Shown: piece by piece, positions 56,104 through 64,000 of the stretch
Numbering within the stretch: the stretch's first letter is position 1
How the letters are laid out: each line of letters begins with the position of its first letter
Assembly (NCBI RefSeq): GCF_006345805.1
Contig: NW_021835083.1
Coordinates: 531-64,530 of the forward strand
Source: Octopus sinensis
Taxonomy: Eukaryota
Direction of reading: 5' to 3'
Length of the DNA: 64,000 nucleotides
Program-made: the position numbers and the translations under genes
The notes under the pieces: model-generated
What the model saw: the letters and a program-made list of their open reading frames with translations, nothing else
The model's database searches: none
Told to the model about the DNA's origin: nothing

Positions 56104-56494
56104 GCCGGACGTCATTTTTCCCGCCTCTCGATATCAGTTTTTCTCTGCTCTTTATTCTATATCCTTTCAAAATTTCTCCCACGTGTTACGCATTACGCAT
56201 TACAATTCATCTTGAGCTAATGGCCCTAAACGTCTGTCTTCGCCGATCGTTTCCTCACGGCCACTGTGGTGTCGTTTGGTCGTTCGAAGCGCTAACTCTC
56301 CACGGATTTGATATTTTAAAAATTTCTGGAGTCTGTTGTCTTATGAAGTTTTTCTGTCTTGTCGTTAAAAGCACGAAACAGGTAGTAATACACAGTCGAC
56401 AACTGATAAGAAGTTAGACCTCTTTTGTTATTTTGTCCCGTACTTGTCTTTCATTGTGTATTTTTCGCTCGTTGGTGAGGTCCTGTACTTTATA
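56104..56494 (+). repeat. ~390-bp diverged direct duplication, copy 1
   Basis: Collinear with 56834-57234 (e.g. CTCTCGATATC, CTAACTCTCCAC, TTAAAAGCACGA.ACAGGTA, TTTTTCGCTCGTTGGTGA). Confidence 0.8.
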
Positions 56495-56833
56495 GGCATT
56501 ATTCATTATTATTTAATGATTGAACGCCACGCAGCCTTTGTCAGCAGTAAATTTTTACATTTATATATAATCTTTCCGACTCTGTTCTCTGCCTATTTTC
56601 TTTCTCTCTCTCTATCCCTCTATAATCCTCTATATTTCTTTTTTCTCCTCCTACTTCTTTGTTTCCTCTCGCCTGTCTTTCTTTCTCTCTTTTTCTTTCC
56701 TTCTCCCTTCTCCTCCGTTATTTCTTTCCCTCATCCTATCTCATATCCCCTCTCTCCTCAGCCTGTTGCTCACAGGTGACTACAGGCCACTTTTCTAGGC
56801 TCTCTGTCTTTTTTTCCTTGGGACGTCCAGCTA

Positions 56834-57234
56834 GCCAGACGGCATTTCTCTCGGCTCTCGATATCTTTTTTCTCTGATATTTTTCTCTTTTTTTTTTTGA
56901 TTCCATATCATTTCAAAAGTTCTCCCAAGCGTTACTCATTACAATTCCTCTTGGCGTAACAGCCCGAAATGTCTGTATTTGCCGATCCTTTCCACACGTC
57001 CACTCTGGTGTCGTTTGTTCGAAGCCCTAACTCTCCACAAATTTTATATTTTGAAAATTTCTGGATCCTGCTGTCGTGAGAAGTTGTTCTGTCTTGTAGT
57101 TAAAAGCACGACACAGGTAATAATAAACAGTCAACAACTTAGAAGTTAGGTTTCTAGGCGTATTTTGTCCCATACTTGGCTCTCGTTGTGTGTTTGCGTA
57201 TTTTTCGCTCGTTGGTGATGTCCTGTATGTTATA
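56834..57234 (+). repeat. ~390-bp diverged direct duplication, copy 2
   Basis: Collinear with 56104-56494. Confidence 0.8.
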
Positions 57235-57248
57235 TGTATTTTCTTATA

Positions 57249-57290
<42 letters not shown>

Positions 57291-57294
57291 TATA

Positions 57295-57837
57295 AGGAGT
57301 GGTGAATAAACTGTCGTCCAAATTACGCATAAATGAAAATAACACTGACATCTCATTTAAACAATATTTGTACCAAAATTACATGAAGATATCTTTAAAA
57401 ACTACAGAGGAAATTTATTCAATAAAATCGCCATTGGATTCAACCTCTAGGCGAATTCGGAATCTCCCGCAACTCTCCTGGACGTCTACTTGTATAAGTT
57501 GATGAAAGCTGCCATAATACTTGCCTGCAGTTTATCTTTGGTATTACAAGGAGAGTTTTTGGTCGCTCACTCAAATGCGTCCCACACATAATAATCAAGA
57601 GGGTTGCAGTCTGAGGAGTTAGGTGGCCAGACGTTAGGGGTGATGTGGTCGGCAGAAATAGTCAGACAGCCATGACTGGCTACTCCTGCGTGGCATGGTG
57701 AAGAGTCCTGTTGCCAGACACAGAATCTTCCAGCATACCCCCTCATGACGCAGAGGCAGCACTATCTTTTCCAGAAACTTGATGTAGGCCTCCGTGTGGG
57801 GCTTTGAGGCTGTGTGGGAAGATGAGTGGAGGCATCA
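57295..57837 (-). mobile_element. Tc1/mariner superfamily (maT/DD37D-like) transposase 3' fragment
   Basis: MPPLIFPH..TEAYIK..VWQQDSSPCH..QSWLSD..ITPNVWPPNSSDCNPLDYYVW..NTKDKL, with frameshifts; terminus next to (TA)n. Confidence 0.8.
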
Positions 57838-57856
57838 TATATATATGTATATATAT

Positions 57857-58021
57857 ACGACGGGTTTTTTTCAGTTTCTATCTACCAAATCCACTCACAA
57901 GGTTTTGGTCGGTCCGAGTGTATAGTGGAAGACCGCTTGCCTGAGGTGCCACGCAGTGGGACTGAACCCAGAACCATGTGGTTGGGAAACAAGCTTCTTA
58001 CCACACAGCCTCTCCTGCGCC
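57857..58021 (-). mobile_element. SINE family A head half (minus strand)
   Basis: Reverse complement GGCGCAGGAGAGGCTGTGTGGTAAG..GAAAAAAACCCGTCG. Confidence 0.85.
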
Positions 58022-58052
58022 TAGATATGTATATTTATGTATATATTTATAT

Positions 58053-58254
58053 GTGTGTGCCTGTGTTAGTAGCCTCACCATCGCTTGGTAACAGATATTG
58101 GTGCATTTATGTCCCGGTTAACTTAGCGGTTCAACAGAAGTGACTGATAGAATATGTACTAGACTTACAAAAAATAAATCCTGCAGTCGATTTCTTTGAC
58201 TGAAACAATTTGAAACAGTGATTCAGCATGGCCACAGTTAAATAATTGAAACAA
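58053..58254 (+). mobile_element. SINE family A tail half (plus strand), diverged
   Basis: ..CCATCGCTTGG..GTAACTTAGCGGTTC..GATAGAAT..GTACTAG..CAGCATGGCCACAG..GAAACAA. Confidence 0.7.
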
Positions 58255-58292
<38 letters not shown>

Positions 58293-58624
58293 CTTACTTA
58301 GAAGAAGAAGCTATATATATATATATATATATACTACAGAGAGAGAGTGAGAGAGAGAGAGAGAGAGAGAAGAGCGAAAGGGATACATATATATTTATAT
58401 ATTTAGATACACTTACATAACGATGACGGCCATGATGATGACAATGACGACACCGATGATGACAATGATGATGATGACAATAAAGATGACGGGGTGGCGT
58501 CATTCAAAGGCTAAAACAATGCGAAGCGCATTGTGACCAGCGATGTGTAACATCTGATGGTCTGGTCGGTCACGTGATCACGTGATATATGTATATATAT
58601 ATATATATATACATATATATATAC

Positions 58625-58663
<39 letters not shown>

Positions 58664-58959
58664 CACATGTACTTCTACCCGGTCTTTTTCGTTTTCATCT
58701 CCGTCTTTTATAATATGCGCATGGTAGGATGTAATTAAAATAAAATTGGTTATTTCTAACAGAACGAGCTATCATTAAAATAAAAATAAAAAACAACAAC
58801 AACTCCGCATTATGCTCGTCCTTATTAGGGCGGTGGTGGTGAGGATCATGGCGTCGTCGTCATCATTGTTGGTGACGACCCTGAGTATGGTCATGGTGGT
58901 TGTGGTTGTGGTTGTGGTTGTGGGGATGGCAATGGTGGTGCAGAGTGCAAATAATACAA

Positions 58960-59196
58960 TAATCACATCGAGAAATCGCACAGCACAACAACTGCCATCA
59001 GCACAGTTAATATCATCATCATAATCATCAGCATGGTTGTTGTTCTTGTGATCGTTATCAACGTCATCTTTATTGTCATCATCATCATCATCATTATCAT
59101 CATCGGTGTCGTCATTGTCATCATCATGGCCGCCATCGTTATCATCATCATCACAATCATCATCATCATTATCATCATCATCATCACCATCATCAC

Positions 59197-59245
<49 letters not shown>

Positions 59246-59486
59246 GTCATCATCATCATCGTCATCATCATCGTCATCATCATCATCGTCATCATCATCG
59301 TCATCATCATCATTAACATCGCCATAATCGCCATCACCATCATCATCATCATCATTAGCATCATCATTAGCATCATCATCGTCATCATCATCTTCATCAT
59401 CATCATCATCATCATCAGCATCATCATTAGCATCATCATTGACATCATCATCATCATCACGCATCATCATTAGCCTCATCATTGAC

Positions 59487-59518
<32 letters not shown>

Positions 59519-59578
59519 CATCATCATCACCATCATCATCATCATCTTCATCATCATCATATCATCATCATCATCATT

Positions 59579-59609
<31 letters not shown>

Positions 59610-59696
59610 GCATCATCATTAGCATCATCATTGACATCATCATCTTCGCATAATCATCATCATCTTCATCATCATCATATCATCATCATCATCATT

Positions 59697-59727
<31 letters not shown>

Positions 59728-60060
59728 GCATCATCATTAGCATCATCATTGACATCATCATCTTCGCCATAATCGTCATCATCTTCGTCATCAACAGCAT
59801 CCCCATCATCATCTTCATGGCCATAATCGTCATCATCGTCATCACCGTCTCATCATCATCATCATCGTCATCATTGTCAACAGTATCATCATCATCAACG
59901 ACTTCATCGGCGTGGTCAGTACGATCATCATGGACATCATCGTCATCATCATCAACATCATCACTATCGTCATCACTATCATCATCATTATCGTCATTAT
60001 CATCATCGTCACCATCTTCATCATCATCATCATCATCACTATCATCACCGTCAACAATAT
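58960..60060. repeat. ~1.1-kb (CAT)n/(CGT) trinucleotide block
   Basis: Direct reading; source of poly-Asp/Met/Ile/Ser ORFs. Confidence 0.95.
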
Positions 60061-60141
60061 CGGATTCCCTAATAGTGAAACCCTTTCTTTTATATCCCTC
60101 TATTAAATACTCATAACACACACACACACACTGCCTCCCTC

Positions 60142-60174
<33 letters not shown>

Positions 60175-60252
60175 ACTCTCCATCTCTCCCCCTCTCTCCA
60201 TCTCTCTTAGAATAACACACATCACCCATCGCGACGTCTTGTCTCCCCACTA

Positions 60253-60285
<33 letters not shown>

Positions 60286-60599
60286 CACACACACACACAC
60301 ACACAACCCTTTGCTTAATGCCACACCATAATGCCACACCAGCCGCCGCCGCTGGTATCTACCTCCCACCAACCACCACTCTGACACAGCCGCCATATCA
60401 GAAGAACTATCACTCACTCCTAACACCGATCTATCGATTCGGTTTGATCCGAGTTCAGAATAATACAGAAATTGAATTAGAATCAATGGGAAAATTCGTA
60501 AGAGAAAATGGAATTCAACTGGCAGTAAACACGACTTGGATAACCTTCACTGGCTGTGATGTAGCCTTTGTCATACATACGAAACATGTGTGTTTGTGT

Positions 60600-61135
60600 G
60601 TACACATACATACATACATATACATACACACGCACTTACACACACACATATATTATATATATATATATATATATATACATATACAAATATACATATATAT
60701 ACATATATATATACATATATATACATATATATGCATACACACATTACATATATGTAAGCCATACTCACATACATATACATGTATGATGTACATATATAAG
60801 ATGTGTGTATGTATTACGTATGCATATATATATATATATATATACATATATATATACATATGTATATACATATATACATAATACGTATATGTACATACTT
60901 GTGTGCATGCATACAGACATGTGTATCTACGTATGCATATATACATATATATATATATATATTTACATACACAGATGTATATATCTATGCATATGTACAT
61001 ATAAACATATGTATATATATATATCTGTATGTATATATATATGTATGTGTGTGTGTATGTATTTATGTATATATACTTATGTATACATGTATATATGTAT
61101 ATATGTACGTATGTGTGCATATATATATATGTATG

Positions 61136-61167
<32 letters not shown>

Positions 61168-61247
61168 ATTATATATATGTATGTATGTATGTATTTATGT
61201 ATGCATGCATATATATATGTATGTATATATACGTATGTGTGCATATA

Positions 61248-61279
<32 letters not shown>

Positions 61280-61467
61280 GTATATATTATATATACACAT
61301 ATATATGTATGTATATGTATGTAAGCATGCATGTATGTACATATGTGTGTCTGTATAAATTTGTGCATGAATATATCCTTGCATTCATGACCGGATACAT
61401 ATGTGTGCATGTATACCTACATACATGACTTTGTATATATGTGCGTATGCATACATATATATGTATG

Positions 61468-61501
<34 letters not shown>

Positions 61502-61560
61502 TGTATGTATGTATGTATGTATGTATGTATGTATGCATGCATGTATGTATGTATATATAT
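60600..61560. repeat. (TA)n/(TATG)n tract
   Basis: Direct reading. Confidence 0.9.
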
Positions 61561-62029
61561 TTAATTACACACAAGATATATACAGCGTGGTGCGTGTACA
61601 TATATCTGCATGGTTGTGTATCTGTACGTAAGTATATTCATGTATGTATGTTGTTATACAGACATTGGAGCGATTGTGTATATATGTCTCTATGTGTGTG
61701 CGTTGGCTAATTTATTGATATATGGAAATGAAAAGAAGAACAAAACAAAACACAACAAATAAGACTAAATGTAAAGAGAAAAAAATACAAATGAAAGCAA
61801 GAAAGAAGAATAGAAATATGGAATGCTGGGAAGCCAGAAAGAGAAAACTGAAAGACGATAAGGAAACCAACAGAATGTTCAAAGGAAGACTATTCTTACT
61901 ACTATGAAGTTGAAGAATTCTTCTAGTGCTGTGTAGAAGTAAGGCGTAATAGGGTGTGAAGATATTGGTAGAGATCTACATATATACTGATAAGAACTTC
62001 GTTAGATAGACTGACTGACTGGCTAACAG

Positions 62030-62032
62030 ATG

Positions 62033-62102
<70 letters not shown>

Positions 62103-62189
62103 CATAGACAGACAGACAGACAGATAAAGATATATAGAGAGAGAGACCGAGAGAAGCCAAATAAGTAGTTAGACAGATTGATAGATAGG

Positions 62190-62249
<60 letters not shown>

Positions 62250-62250
62250 C

Positions 62251-62299
<49 letters not shown>

Positions 62300-62340
62300 T
62301 AGAGACAGTCAGACAGAGACGGATGGATGGATGGGTGGAT
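62030..62340. repeat. (TAGA)n microsatellite
   Basis: Direct reading. Confidence 0.9.
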
Positions 62341-62514
62341 GTATTTGATAGACTGCATCATTGTACAAGTTAACATACAGGACATTTTAACATCGCGTAT
62401 CTAAATAAGCAGTCATAAATTATAAACAGCAAATTAAAGTATTTAAACACACACAAGCACACACATATGTATGTATGTATGCATGCATGTATGTATTTAT
62501 ATACTCCGTCTACA

Positions 62515-62897
62515 GTGGAGGCGTAATGGCCCAATGGTTAGGGCAGCGGACTCGCAGTCGTAGGATCGCGGTTTCGATTCCCAGACCGGGCGTTGTGAGT
62601 GTTTATTGAGCGAAAACACCTAAAGCTCCACGAGGCTCTGGCAGGGGATGGAGGTGATCCCTGCTGTACTCTTTCAACCACAACTTTCTCTCACTCTTAC
62701 TTCCTGTTCTGTTGTACCTGTATTTCAAAGGGCCGGCCTTGTCACTCTCCGTGTCACGCTGAATATCCCCGAGAACTACGTTAAGGGTGCACGTGTCTGT
62801 GGAGTGCTCAGCCACTTACACGTTAATTTCACGAGCAGGCTGTTCCGTTGATCGGATCAACCGGAACCCTCATCGTCGTAACCGACGGAGTGCTTCC
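62515..62897 (+). mobile_element. tRNA-derived SINE family C, full length with 12-bp TSD
   Basis: TSD ACTCCGTCTACA at 62503-62514 and 62898-62909; A-box TGGCCCAATGG, B-box GGTTTCGATTCCC. Confidence 0.9.
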
Positions 62898-63385
62898 ACT
62901 CCGTCTACAATATATTGTCTGCATACTCCAGTGCATGTACACTGCACCGTTTCTAAGCGTGGCATTTTTCAATGGAACTGCTCAACAAATATTTGTGAAT
63001 TGTTTATATATTTACGATTATTAGCAAGTATACTGTCGAGAAGGGTTAAACTCTAGTATACATCATAAAACTGGTATTCCTGGTTTTATCTCTCGGCAAA
63101 ATAGTCTTCGGGATCTCTATCTCTCATCAGGCGGTGTGAAGTGACAAACATCCAGTCTGACTAGCATTCATAGCGGTTCGATATGAATATGCCGGAAGAG
63201 AGAAACGTGCGGATGAATGCATACTATTACACTTAATTGGTGAAATACATATAAGGGCGACAAAGTACTCAATATGGGTTTTGGTTTCCTAAGAATAACA
63301 CATTCGGCAATAATTGTGCGTCCACGTGGACCCTTACTCCAAATGGTTCTTGATAATTAGTATTAAAAAGTTACTTTTTAACAAA

Positions 63386-63820
63386 GGCTATGTGGGAAGA
63401 AGCTTGTTTTCCAATCAGATGGTTCAGGGTTCAGTCTCACTGCGTGGCAACTTGGGCGAGTATCTTTTATTATACATAGCCTTGAGGTTCCCAAAGCATT
63501 GTGAGTGGATTTGGTAGATGGAAACTGAAAGAAGCACCTCATATATGTTTACATATGTGTGTGTGATGTGTGGTGTGTGTATGTATGCGTATGTGTGTGT
63601 CTTTGTATCTGTGTTTGTCTCCCGCATCACTGTTTGACAACGGGTGTTCGTGTGATTACGTCCCCGTAACTTAGCGGTTCAGCAAAAGAGACCAACAGTA
63701 TAAATACCAGGCTTTAAAATATAAGTATAGGTTCGACTTGTTCGACTAAAAACTCTTCAAGGCGGTGCTCCAGCATGGCTGCAGTCAACTGACTGAAACA
63801 ATCAAAAGAATAAAAGAACA
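63386..63820 (+). mobile_element. SINE family A, diverged, near full length
   Basis: ..GGTTCAGTCTCACTGCGTGGC..GTGAGTGGATTTGGTAG..GGCGGTGCTCCAGCATGG..(AAAAGAAT)n tail. Confidence 0.85.
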
Positions 63821-64000
63821 ATGATTGTTAAACGCAAGTGGGTACAATCAATTATTTTTGTGAGGTTATCTTTGAAGCGTTGGCGATACGAAAACAGCCG
63901 AACCTTTCACACGATCCAAAAGACACCAAGATATGTCCATGCTTTTCCATATTCCTAACCTACGTTCACGATTCCTCCGAAGCATTTCAAAATAATTCGG

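Noticed and set aside
58775-60127. Asp-rich ORFs resembling acidic biomineralisation proteins
   Set aside because: Translation of (CAT)n; no signal peptide or non-repetitive coding flank
62515-62590. tRNA-like sequence (TCG near the anticodon position)
   Set aside because: Head of a 383-bp SINE bounded by a TSD; acceptor stem incomplete
63095-63145. Minus-strand CTGATGA with hairpin, possible hammerhead
   Set aside because: GAAG instead of GAAA and no stem I partner

Overview
AT-rich eukaryotic genomic DNA dominated by microsatellites and decayed transposable elements. The repeat content looks like a coleoid cephalopod (Octopus-like); this is an inference from recalled SINE families and repeat composition, not a database result. 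I recognise no intact host gene, tRNA/rRNA gene, CRISPR array or prokaryotic feature, and nearly all long ORFs in the track are translations of simple repeats. The window contains about nine fragments of R4/Dong-like non-LTR retrotransposons (restriction-like endonuclease, RLE), several flanked by (TAA)n. There are also three copies of a ~555-bp non-coding element embedded in (TAA)n-type repeats, one L1/Tx1-type LINE, one RTE 3' end and four tRNA-derived SINE families (two copies with 12-bp TSDs). DNA transposons are represented by an internally deleted mariner, a maT/Tc1-like fragment and small MITE-like elements; 91-bp and 57-bp purine minisatellites and a ~390-bp diverged duplication are also present. 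The most notable observations are a compact type I hammerhead ribozyme-like fold at 14031-14091 and a stacked train of (TAA)n-associated retroelements at 45.0-48.8 kb, suggesting an autonomous/non-autonomous microsatellite-targeting pair. Two weak candidate exons are noted as findings only. Coordinates of degenerate elements are approximate.
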